IMG/VR virus record: IMGVR_UViG_3300034980_000365
Span: 1-52,307 of that record
DNA from: a virus
Taxonomy: Duplodnaviria > Caudoviricetes
Reading direction: 5' to 3' (one strand)
Length of the DNA: 52,307 nucleotides
The position numbers and the translations under genes were made by a program. Position 1 is the stretch's first letter. Each line of letters starts with the position of its first letter. This document shows positions 1-8,631 of this stretch, one piece after another. The notes under the pieces are model-generated. The model had not been told where the DNA came from. It searched no databases and saw only the letters and a program-made list of their open reading frames with translations.

Positions 1-775
1 CCTCGCTATATTTTGGTAAAATTCCCCAATCCTGAATTTGTCCAAGCACAGCGGCATTTTGTTCATCAATACTTAGAGAAGCATTATCAAGCACACAATC
101 ATACTTATCAATAAATTCACTGGCTTTTTCACTATCATGGGAATCTTCTGATTCTGAGTTCCTGGTAAAGTAAATAACCTTACCGCCATTGTCGTGGACT
201 TCATCAATTTCGTTTTCAAACCGGCAGTCGCCAATTAGTGTCAGTTCGGGGGTTTCTGCTTTAATCTGATTCATGGTAGCATCTATCCAAACTCTATCAT
301 GAATCCTTCGGCAGATGTTTGTGCCATAAAATTGCATAAACTCGCGAGCAGTCATATACCCACCTGGATCTAAACCTCTTTGTCCATCGTTTGAAACATT
401 ATCCCACAGAATATCGGTCAGGCTGTTCTTTTCTTCTTCAGTACCAAAGCACTGTTCTTTTGTAAGACCAAATAAACTCATACAGACTCGCTTTAGCGGG
501 TCCGCGAAGTTGTAAGCTTTTACAAAAGACCAAAAGGTGCTTGACGCATAATTTATAAACGTGTCATTTTCTTGTGTTAGATCAAACACACCCATTGACT
601 CAAACTCTTTGTCGTTTTCATCTCTATACAATGCATTGACTACAAGGTCGCCATTTTCACTAATATCAAACTTTTTGATGAAGCCGTGACGTTTCATTTC
701 ATAACCGTGAATGAAATTAACGGCTGTGGTTTTCCCACTTTGTTTTTTACCGGAAAAGGCTACGATGTTCGTCAT
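1..775 (-). CDS. Deoxynucleoside monophosphate kinase (T4 gp1-like), 3'-truncated by window edge
   Basis: Not in ORF track; my translation from ATG at 775: MTNIVAFSGKKQSGKTT (P-loop)...FADPLKR...AREFMQFYGT...IGDCRFENE, the typical dNMP kinase motifs; open to position 1. Confidence 0.85.
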   Translation of the reverse strand, partial: MTNIVAFSGKKQSGKTTAVNFIHGYEMKRHGFIKKFDISENGDLVVNALYRDENDKEFESMGVFDLTQENDTFINYASSTFWSFVKAYNFADPLKRVCMSLFGLTKEQCFGTEEEKNSLTDILWDNVSNDGQRGLDPGGYMTAREFMQFYGTNICRRIHDRVWIDATMNQIKAETPELTLIGDCRFENEIDEVHDNGGKVIYFTRNSESEDSHDSEKASEFIDKYDCVLDNASLSIDEQNAAVLGQIQDWGILPKYSE

Positions 776-1878
776 CAACAATATCCTTGAATTTGCGGCT
801 TGATCATTTCATCTACTTCTTTTATCGTCAAATCACCTATGTCATTAGAAGGCATGGTAATCTGGATGATATTGAAAATTTTACTGTACTTATCTACAAT
901 ACTCTTAATTCCTCTTTGTCCTGCTTCATCACCGTCTAAAGCAAGAATGACATTATCTACCGAAGCTTCCTCCAGCAGAATCGACTGTTGCTCTGTCATC
1001 TTACAACCAAACAGACCCACACAGTTCATTATATCTGATTCGTACATCCTAAGTACGTCACCTTGTCCCTCAACCAAAATAATTGAGCGATTTTTCTTTA
1101 TGTGGGAAAAAGCTTTGCCGTAACCATACAGAGAATTACCGCTATGAAAACCTTTTGAATTTATCCATTTCTTGGCTGGATTCTCTTCAATTGATCTTCC
1201 GACAGCACCGACCATGCTCGTGTTGGTTCTGTCGTACACCGGAAAAACCGTTCTGTTGAACATGGGTTTTTGGGGCGAGCTACAAAATCCCACATCGAAT
1301 TCCTTTAGCACCTCAGCGGAAAATCCTCTCTTCAAATAATATGGGCAGGGAATTTCCAGCCCCATCTTGACAACTTCTCTAGAACAGATTAAAGTCTCTT
1401 CTTTGTTCTCATGGAAAATCTTGGTTATTAAGTCTTGGTTGTCAGTCAGATCTAGATTTGTTTCATATCCTTCAATGAACTGATTTATGTAATTGACAGT
1501 CTTTTGAAATGATACGTCTTCGTCTAGGCGTTTTTCTAACATAGCTCTAACAAATCCTATCATGTCATTATTATGGTCTTCATGACATTTTCTGGAATTG
1601 CAAAACCAAGAGCCAAAATAATTACATGTCTTATCTACGTTGATATTAAAGGCAAATGCATTATCACCATCATGAATGGGACATGGACCCACCAGTTTAT
1701 CGTTCAACAAAAATAGATTGTCAATATTGAAAGACTCTAGAATCTTTTCTATATTAGCCGCCGCCTTCTTGTTGATTGCTATCTTCTGGCTCTGCGTTAG
1801 CAAAACCCTCGTCCCTCTCTGCCCTTTGACGTTGGACTTCTCTAATTGTACCGAGTTCTTCAATCTTTGATACCTCAC
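775..1878 (-). CDS. dnaG: DNA primase (Zn finger + Toprim); true start probably near TTG at 1803
   Basis: CPIH...C..C zinc finger, YYLKRGF, LVEGQGD and LALDGDEAG Toprim motifs; adjacent to helicase. Confidence 0.9.
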   Translation of the reverse strand: MRYQRLKNSVQLEKSNVKGQRGTRVLLTQSQKIAINKKAAANIEKILESFNIDNLFLLNDKLVGPCPIHDGDNAFAFNINVDKTCNYFGSWFCNSRKCHEDHNNDMIGFVRAMLEKRLDEDVSFQKTVNYINQFIEGYETNLDLTDNQDLITKIFHENKEETLICSREVVKMGLEIPCPYYLKRGFSAEVLKEFDVGFCSSPQKPMFNRTVFPVYDRTNTSMVGAVGRSIEENPAKKWINSKGFHSGNSLYGYGKAFSHIKKNRSIILVEGQGDVLRMYESDIMNCVGLFGCKMTEQQSILLEEASVDNVILALDGDEAGQRGIKSIVDKYSKIFNIIQITMPSNDIGDLTIKEVDEMIKPQIQGYC

Positions 1879-3244
1879 CTAACATGTTCATACATATGTA
1901 GCCGTTTTCCAAACCCGGCCCGTGTCTACTAACTACTGGTATTAGTTTTCTGTTTCCTCCTACAGTAGCACCGCCATCTGCCGCGATCTCTTCTTCTGTT
2001 TTGTGCTTAAAAATAGAAAAAGATGTACAGAGCCAAATTAATCTGTCCGAACCAGAAACAGCGTCTTCTGTTTCTTTAGTAATTCCGTCGCGGTTCAATT
2101 GGACAAAAGACAGGCACGGTACATCATATTCTACACAGAAATTATGCAGTTGTGTAATTTGAAAACCTAAAGCTTGAAATTCCGCCAGATTATTATTGAT
2201 ACTTTCAGATGACATCAACTTCAAGTAGTCATAGATAATCAAGCAATCTTTCATTCTGCCATTTTCATCATACCCTACCTCTTTTAAAAGCCATCTACGT
2301 GCTATTGATAAGGTCTCTTCAAATGGCCTGCCGGAAATATTAATATAGTGAAATGGTGTAGCTTTTAACTTCTGAGCGGCATCATCAACTTTTTCAATTT
2401 TGTCTTCAGTGTCAGTAAATCTGCTGCTGGAGATATCATTGATGGGGATGTCGCTGATATTAGCTAGAAGACGGTTCCAGTGATCTTCAGTATTCATCTC
2501 AGTATCTAAAACCAGAACCGGAATTTCTCTAGTAGCTACTGATAAAGCAATATTATCCGCGATTGTACTTTTACCGGCTTTAGCTCTTGCCCCAATCAAG
2601 TCTACACACTGACGACGCAAACCACCCCCAATGGCTTTATCAAAAGTTGGGTATCCCGTGCTAATTCCGGGGTCTTTTACTTCGTTCTTTTTAAGGTTTT
2701 CAACATATTCAGATAAGTTTTTACCAATCAGTTGGGGTGTACTTCTATCTTCCCGAATGTACTTTAAAGCAATATTTTGTATTTTATTTTCTGGTACAGC
2801 CAGAATTTCAGACATGTTTTCATCACCATCAACCTGACCAAGCTCCAAATAGATGGTGCGAAGTTCTTCTTGAATTTCTCTTGAAAATTGAAGCCTGCGT
2901 ATTTTAACTGCGTGATTTCTGACATTCTCAAGCTCAACATTGTAATGCATCAAATGCTTGATGTGCTTAAGAACTTCTGCTCGTTCTATGTATTCATATA
3001 GATCTAACTGTTTAGCTGATGAAAGAATAGACGTTAGGTCAACTTTAGTTGATGTTGTCAATAATTTTTCTAAACATTTATAAATCACCTTGTTGTGATC
3101 TACAGTAAAGGTTTCTTCATTGATCAACGACTGAACATCAACATAAGCGTCTATCCCGTGTCTCATAATCCCAGAAATTACAGCTTTCTCAGAAGCCGTA
3201 TTACTTACTGTTGGGACACTTTTCTCCGAGTTTGATGAGTTCAC
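1754..3244 (-). CDS. dnaB: Replicative DNA helicase
   Basis: N-terminal SEKAVISG, GISTGYPTFD, Walker A GARAKAGKS, LDTEM, IYDYL, QLNR, SGSD motifs. Confidence 0.93.
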   Translation of the reverse strand: MNSSNSEKSVPTVSNTASEKAVISGIMRHGIDAYVDVQSLINEETFTVDHNKVIYKCLEKLLTTSTKVDLTSILSSAKQLDLYEYIERAEVLKHIKHLMHYNVELENVRNHAVKIRRLQFSREIQEELRTIYLELGQVDGDENMSEILAVPENKIQNIALKYIREDRSTPQLIGKNLSEYVENLKKNEVKDPGISTGYPTFDKAIGGGLRRQCVDLIGARAKAGKSTIADNIALSVATREIPVLVLDTEMNTEDHWNRLLANISDIPINDISSSRFTDTEDKIEKVDDAAQKLKATPFHYINISGRPFEETLSIARRWLLKEVGYDENGRMKDCLIIYDYLKLMSSESINNNLAEFQALGFQITQLHNFCVEYDVPCLSFVQLNRDGITKETEDAVSGSDRLIWLCTSFSIFKHKTEEEIAADGGATVGGNRKLIPVVSRHGPGLENGYICMNMLGEVSKIEELGTIREVQRQRAERDEGFANAEPEDSNQQEGGG

Positions 3245-3656
3245 AGTGATACGGATCTCTCTTAAATTGTGGATGAATTGTTATATTTTTTTTACAGTCC
3301 TGACAAAACACCTCAACATCTGTGTACGGTTTTCTTTTTCTTTCTACAGGTTTGATATCATCATCTACTGTATTGTAACCATCTTCTTTGTCCTCGTCAA
3401 GACCAGGATCAAAATTATTCACAAATTCTTTTTTTTCGCTTTCTACTTTATTTAGATTCATAGCAAATTCCATATCAAGAAGTTGCACATTTTCTGGTTC
3501 GGGTGTGTAAGTTTCTTCTATTGGTACTGATGCGGTAGATACGACAGGAAAACTAATTTCCTCACCCGTCAACAATATATAAGATTCTTCAATGAGACTT
3601 TGGTTACTGGTCTCGATTCCTTCTTTTAGCTTTTGTAGGGCTTGCAATAGTTTCAT
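3201..3656 (-). CDS. Hypothetical acidic protein with C-terminal CxxC/HC cluster
   Basis: ORF in tightly packed operon; CQDC...HC motif. Confidence 0.55.
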   Translation of the reverse strand: MKLLQALQKLKEGIETSNQSLIEESYILLTGEEISFPVVSTASVPIEETYTPEPENVQLLDMEFAMNLNKVESEKKEFVNNFDPGLDEDKEDGYNTVDDDIKPVERKRKPYTDVEVFCQDCKKNITIHPQFKRDPYHCELIKLGEKCPNSK

Positions 3657-4150
3657 TTAGTCCTCGCTAATTGATAAAGAATATCTATAATCTTTTTAAT
3701 AGAATAGAATTTATCATCATAGAGTTGAATTGTAGTTTCTATCTTCCTTAATAGTTCTCTAATTTTATGAACAATTTCATATTTTTCACAAATGATTTGC
3801 TCTTTAGTTTCTTTTGTGGTATACTGAGGAAACGATTCTGTCGCTAAATAATGATTTAAGGCATCCAAAAAAGCAGCTTTAACAAACGACATTTTTGCTT
3901 TTTCTTCATTGAAATAACTTGTAAGTTTACTGAGGTGGGTTGTTATTACATAGGAATGGTGTAAAACATCTTCCCCGCTCATTTCTGCCATTTGACCTCG
4001 TGTTAGATTAAGTGATTCACAAACCACCGGATTGATATCAACTAGATCTAAGTGCTTAGACATCTCATACTGTTTGATAAAACTTTCAATTTGTTCCAGA
4101 AGCTCTTGTTCTTCTCCAGTAACATTTATTCTTTTACTAAGTCTTTCCAT
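3653..4150 (-). CDS. Helical protein, possible UvsY-like recombination mediator
   Basis: Heptad-like helical C-half, size and position near recA; function is inference. Confidence 0.4.
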   Translation of the reverse strand: MERLSKRINVTGEEQELLEQIESFIKQYEMSKHLDLVDINPVVCESLNLTRGQMAEMSGEDVLHHSYVITTHLSKLTSYFNEEKAKMSFVKAAFLDALNHYLATESFPQYTTKETKEQIICEKYEIVHKIRELLRKIETTIQLYDDKFYSIKKIIDILYQLARTK

Positions 4151-4536
4151 TTGTCTTCTTTATTATAGGGTAGTATGACAATTTTTATTTCGTTTAGTTC
4201 GCACCATTCTATTTTCTGCTTGTCTCTTTTTTTAGATTTGTAAAAATCAGCTTTTGTTTTGTGAAAGAAACTACAGAACTTATAATGCTGTTCACCATGT
4301 ACTTCTACTATGAGATATTCTTTTGGTATGAAAAAATCAGCATATAAAGAACCGGTGTTTACGGTGTTTGAACCGGGGAGAAAGACCTCTTCAAACCTTG
4401 GTTGATACGGAAAAATTTTAGAGAGCAATTTTCTAGCTCGAAGATGGTATTGAGACTTTTTTTGTCTTCTTGATCTAGATTTGCTTTTGGAGAAATTTAC
4501 TGTATAATCATTTCCATCTAAACCAATAACATTCAT
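4126..4536 (-). CDS. Vsr/DUF559-like endonuclease
   Basis: YADFFIP...IVEVHGEQHY...RDKQKIEWC...IKIVIL pattern. Confidence 0.75.
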   Translation of the reverse strand: MNVIGLDGNDYTVNFSKSKSRSRRQKKSQYHLRARKLLSKIFPYQPRFEEVFLPGSNTVNTGSLYADFFIPKEYLIVEVHGEQHYKFCSFFHKTKADFYKSKKRDKQKIEWCELNEIKIVILPYNKEDKWKDLVKE

Positions 4537-5561
4537 TCCAAAAACTCTTTCATTTCTTCTTGTAGAATTTTCATAACTTTAGGATTGGCCTCTAAATATT
4601 TATACAAATTAGCCTGACCTTGGAACTTGTATTTCTTTTCGTCCCATTCTTTATCATGTTTCTCCATGAATGCACAAGTATACCATGCTCCAGATTTATC
4701 AATAACATTAAAATCATCAGCCAACATGATTAGCTCTTGTACAAAGTCAAGGCCCTTGTTGTATCGAAAGTAACTAGTGGCATCTGTTCCACTTGCTCCT
4801 AAAGAAGAGGTGGCAATCTCCCATTCTATAATCTGCCCAATCTTTCTATCACTTTCCAACCAAGGTTTACTTCTTTTAACTTGAATAACCGTGTCAGTCT
4901 GGTATTGTATCTTGATACCGCCATCTGGTAAGTTCTTTTTACCAAAGCCGCTGGTGTTGGCAATCAGGTGTGATATCATAACCACAATAGTTTTGGACCT
5001 TGGAATAACCTGTCCCATACGTCGGGTGAAATCACCCATGATCTTAGGTAGCCCAGCACGACGCTCACCATTAACCATAGTTTGTAGGTCGCGTGACGGT
5101 ATTAGACTGGAGACCGAGTCAATAATAACCACAGCACCTTCGTTTTCCGGTTTTTGAATCAGAATCTCTATGATACTTAAAAATTCTTCTGCACTTAAAA
5201 TTCTATCTTCCGGAGCATGGACAATATCCATAGCCTCAAGATTGAGACCCATGATGCCCACTAGATTATGCGTCTTCAACCGCCCTTCGCCGTCCAGATA
5301 GATCACCTTCCTGCCCTCTTTTTGAGCATTGGCGGCGATTTGAAGGACCGTAGAGGTTTTGCCGGTTTTAGGCAGACCAATAACCGTCAACCAAGACCCT
5401 TCTTGAACTCCACCATTTAAAGCAAAATCTAAAGCAGGGCAGATTGGCAGAGTTTTTAACTTCTGTTTCTCTTCAAGTATTTCACTACCTTTTGATATAC
5501 ATTTTCCCAGTTCCTTTGTAAGCTTCTTAAGACCGTCTTCTTTTTCTTTAACCTTTGCCAT
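4533..5561 (-). CDS. recA: RecA/UvsX-like recombinase
   Basis: LDFALNGG, Walker A GLPKTGKT, YLDGE, Walker B IIDSV, KSGAWY and FQG C-terminal motifs. Confidence 0.92.
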   Translation of the reverse strand: MAKVKEKEDGLKKLTKELGKCISKGSEILEEKQKLKTLPICPALDFALNGGVQEGSWLTVIGLPKTGKTSTVLQIAANAQKEGRKVIYLDGEGRLKTHNLVGIMGLNLEAMDIVHAPEDRILSAEEFLSIIEILIQKPENEGAVVIIDSVSSLIPSRDLQTMVNGERRAGLPKIMGDFTRRMGQVIPRSKTIVVMISHLIANTSGFGKKNLPDGGIKIQYQTDTVIQVKRSKPWLESDRKIGQIIEWEIATSSLGASGTDATSYFRYNKGLDFVQELIMLADDFNVIDKSGAWYTCAFMEKHDKEWDEKKYKFQGQANLYKYLEANPKVMKILQEEMKEFLE

Positions 5562-5975
5562 CTATAATTCACTCCATAGATTCTTTTTGCCGAATGGTTT
5601 TCTTGTTCCTGACGTTTCTACTTCAGTTGGTACAAACTCTTGTTCTGTCAACTTTTCATATTTTTCAATAATTGGTATTAGCTTTTTGTTTGTATACGAT
5701 AGCACATATTTTGCTTCTGGAGAATCAATAGCTTTAGATATTGCAATCATAGAATACTTTTGTAGTAATCTATTTGCGGCTATTACCTGACCTGTGTATG
5801 ATCCTTTGTATTTGGGCAGATTCCAAAAGTTTCGCGGAAGTGCGCCTTCATTACTAACATTAGCTCTTTTTTGAAATATCTTTTCACAAAGTCTATTTCC
5901 ATCATCAATTTTTGCCTCTTCGCCTTCTTTTTTAGAAAAGGCATCAAATTTACTATCGTATTTTTTTAATGGCAT
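5562..5975 (-). CDS. Hypothetical protein
   Basis: ORF abutting recA in operon. Confidence 0.6.
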   Translation of the reverse strand: MPLKKYDSKFDAFSKKEGEEAKIDDGNRLCEKIFQKRANVSNEGALPRNFWNLPKYKGSYTGQVIAANRLLQKYSMIAISKAIDSPEAKYVLSYTNKKLIPIIEKYEKLTEQEFVPTEVETSGTRKPFGKKNLWSEL

Positions 5976-6294
5976 TTTGATAATACTTACTTTTCAAACC
6001 TGCGCCTTTGGTTGCATCTCCCTGCATTGAAGCAGCCTGCGTCATGCTGACCGCACCATGTTTCTCATTCTTTATCATGAAATCATCGGTGGTCGTTGGT
6101 TTTTCTTGTTGTTCTTCTTCTTCTTCTTTTTTTTGCTCCCTTTTGATCTTCTTCTGATATCTATCAATGACGGCTTCCGGAATTCCCAACTCTATCGCTA
6201 AACTTTTTGCCTCTGTGTCTAAATGGTTATCTATATAGAATTTTTCCAATTTAGTCATTCTATATCTTGTATTCGCTGCTTTTTTCTTAGCCAT
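5953..6294 (-). CDS. Hypothetical protein, possible HTH-like N-terminus
   Basis: AKSLAIELGIPEAVIDRY resembles a helix-turn-helix; operon context. Confidence 0.5.
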   Translation of the reverse strand: MAKKKAANTRYRMTKLEKFYIDNHLDTEAKSLAIELGIPEAVIDRYQKKIKREQKKEEEEEQQEKPTTTDDFMIKNEKHGAVSMTQAASMQGDATKGAGLKSKYYQNAIKKIR

Positions 6295-6607
6295 TTTGTT
6301 TCCTCTGGGCTATTACTAGAAATCTTATATCTCTTGTTTTAAGATATTTTATGTAAGACTTTAAACATTCAGGACTTACTTTTTTAAATGAGCATTCGTC
6401 CAACTTTCGACGAGAGCAATCGTTTCCCCAAGGATCAATCATATTATTCATTCTAAATAATACGTAGTGACTTAAAACATCAATTTGATCTGATTTTTTA
6501 GACACAGTTTTGGCGAAACATTTCTCATCATCTAAACATTCTTTTCCTTTATCGTTATAGAATGTTTCAAAATATGTTACAGGTTTGAAGAATTCATCCA
6601 TTGTCAA
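6287..6607 (-). CDS. Hypothetical protein
   Basis: ORF with overlaps at both ends. Confidence 0.55.
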   Translation of the reverse strand: MTMDEFFKPVTYFETFYNDKGKECLDDEKCFAKTVSKKSDQIDVLSHYVLFRMNNMIDPWGNDCSRRKLDECSFKKVSPECLKSYIKYLKTRDIRFLVIAQRKQNG

Positions 6608-6935
6608 TATACCTATCTTTTTGCTCGCCAGTCATTTTTGCTATGCTTTTTAATTCTTGCCTATGTTCTTTCAGACCTTTATCTACCTGTTCATTTTTTA
6701 TAGCGTCTTTTTCTGATACGCCGTAGCTCCCCATCTTTTTACTGTTTCTATCAGCTAGTTGGCCTAATGTAGTTGGTTCGCCCCTTACAAATCCAAGAAG
6801 TCCACCAGATAAGATTCTATTAAGTGTCATCTTTGTGCATTTTGGACACTTCTTTTTAGGCTGTTCGTTTATTCCTTGGGACACATCTTCCCATAAAAAT
6901 CCACAGTTCGTACAAGAGTAATCATATGTTGGCAT
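6594..6935 (-). CDS. FmdB-family zinc ribbon protein
   Basis: MPTYDYSCTNCG...CPKC...LNRILS signature. Confidence 0.85.
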   Translation of the reverse strand: MPTYDYSCTNCGFLWEDVSQGINEQPKKKCPKCTKMTLNRILSGGLLGFVRGEPTTLGQLADRNSKKMGSYGVSEKDAIKNEQVDKGLKEHRQELKSIAKMTGEQKDRYIDNG

Positions 6936-7298
6936 TTATTGACCACCTAAGAAATAATCATTCATATATAAAAATAACCATACCTGAAAAGTAAATACAC
7001 CAAATGTAACTCTATGTACATTAAGTTTAGTTTTTTCTTTACCAAGTAAGAACGCATTTTGTAGAACACCTAAAACAATAACAGTTCCAGCTACTTTACA
7101 ACCAATAAACAATGAAACGTCACCACCAGCAATTTTGATCAAATATCTACCAAAAGGGTTTTCTTCCATCGTGGGTAGGCTTCTGCTGAATTTTATTGCA
7201 TAGTACACATCTATAGCAGAAATAAAACCAATCAGATACCACATCAAATTGAAGGTATATATTAAAGTGGGTGTTCTTCTGTTGTTGTAATTTCGCAC
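6936..7298 (-). CDS. Small membrane protein (DUF5658-like)
   Basis: Three hydrophobic segments, D...EENP...K pattern. Confidence 0.55.
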   Translation of the reverse strand: MRNYNNRRTPTLIYTFNLMWYLIGFISAIDVYYAIKFSRSLPTMEENPFGRYLIKIAGGDVSLFIGCKVAGTVIVLGVLQNAFLLGKEKTKLNVHRVTFGVFTFQVWLFLYMNDYFLGGQ

Positions 7299-7477
7299 TC
7301 TATTACCTTAATATCAGCGAACTTTAATTTTTCTCCTCTAGGTTTACGATTATTCCTATGTTTAACTATATTCTTTGCCGCAGTTTTTGCAGTACCTAAA
7401 GTTTTATAACACCAAGTCTTATTATATGTGACAATTTCATTACCGTCTTTATCTCTAACGAAGTATATCTTGTTCAT
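7262..7477 (-). CDS. Hypothetical basic protein
   Basis: Short ORF overlapping neighbours. Confidence 0.45.
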   Translation of the reverse strand: MNKIYFVRDKDGNEIVTYNKTWCYKTLGTAKTAAKNIVKHRNNRKPRGEKLKFADIKVIECEITTTEEHPL

Positions 7478-8138
7478 CTTCTAAAGCCATTAATACGGAT
7501 TTGATGATTGAGTTTCTTTGAATATCACCATGAGTGAATTCACAGATTCCAACACCACCAATATCGCCAAGCTTAGAAATACAAATCTTCAAACCACTAC
7601 CATCCTTTAAATCTGTTTGTTTTACATCACCATTGATGATAACTTTACTATCTTCACCAATCCTAGTAATAAACATCTTAATTTGATCTAAAGTACAATT
7701 CTGTGCTTCGTCAAGGATCATATATGAGTTATGAAAACTTGCACCCCTCATTAATTCAAGAGGCTCAAACTTTATTATATCCTCCTGAAGTAATCTATTG
7801 AACCTTTCATTGCCAAGAAAGAACTTTAAATTTTCCTCCATCGGCTTTAAATATGGCTTAACTTTATCTCCAACTTCACCGGGAACTGCTCCAAGATTTT
7901 TCCCGGCACAAACTAAAGGTCTAGTTACAATTATCTGTGACGTTTTATTTTGCATCAAATGTTCAGCAGCAATACCCGCCGCAACAAAACTTTTACCAGT
8001 TCCTGATGGTCCAAAACAAAACGTAATATCATTGTCTACAATAGAAAGTATATATTCTTTTTGATTCTTAGTCTTAGCTGTTAATGATTTTGTTTTATAT
8101 TCTTTTAAAGTTTCTGTCGTCTTCTTGACTCTCTTCAT
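7455..8138 (-). CDS. phoH: PhoH-family ATPase
   Basis: KTKNQKEY, GPSGTGKS, TRP, LGAVPG, MRGASF, ILDEAQN, TRIG, GDVKQTD; start moved to ATG 8138. Confidence 0.93.
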   Translation of the reverse strand: MKRVKKTTETLKEYKTKSLTAKTKNQKEYILSIVDNDITFCFGPSGTGKSFVAAGIAAEHLMQNKTSQIIVTRPLVCAGKNLGAVPGEVGDKVKPYLKPMEENLKFFLGNERFNRLLQEDIIKFEPLELMRGASFHNSYMILDEAQNCTLDQIKMFITRIGEDSKVIINGDVKQTDLKDGSGLKICISKLGDIGGVGICEFTHGDIQRNSIIKSVLMALEDEQDILR

Positions 8139-8139
8139 A

Positions 8140-8631
8140 TTATCTACCTGATGAACCAAAACCTGATGAACCACGGCTAGTGCCGTCCAGTTCCTCAGCT
8201 TCTATCAAGTCGAAGTGTGGTACTTCTTGAAATAGAATCTGCGCAATCCTGTCGCCTTTAGCTATAAGATAAGTATTGTTTACATCTCCACCAAAATAGG
8301 CAATGTGGCTACGACTATTAGATAAAGCTACTCTTACTTCTCCCCTATAACTAGAGTCAACAACTCCTGCGTGACGGTGTATCCCTTTACTACCAAGTCC
8401 CGATCTGTCCCATATCAACCCCGCATAACCATCTGGAATCGCAAAGGCAATACCGGTGCTGATCAATTTTGTTTCTTCTGGACAAATTGTCATATCCTCA
8501 TCTGCATATAAATCATATCCAGCATCTGTTTTTCTAGATTTCGTGGGTATTGTGGCGCTTTCTGTCAAGCGTTTTACCGAAATTCTCATACCATTTGTCT
8601 TGAAGATACTGTCCACAATATTGTTCCTCAT
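8140..8631 (-). CDS. dut: Trimeric dUTPase
   Basis: AGYDL, RSGL, GVVDSSYRGE, GDRIAQ, RGSSGFGSSG motifs I-V. Confidence 0.95.
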   Translation of the reverse strand: MRNNIVDSIFKTNGMRISVKRLTESATIPTKSRKTDAGYDLYADEDMTICPEETKLISTGIAFAIPDGYAGLIWDRSGLGSKGIHRHAGVVDSSYRGEVRVALSNSRSHIAYFGGDVNNTYLIAKGDRIAQILFQEVPHFDLIEAEELDGTSRGSSGFGSSGR

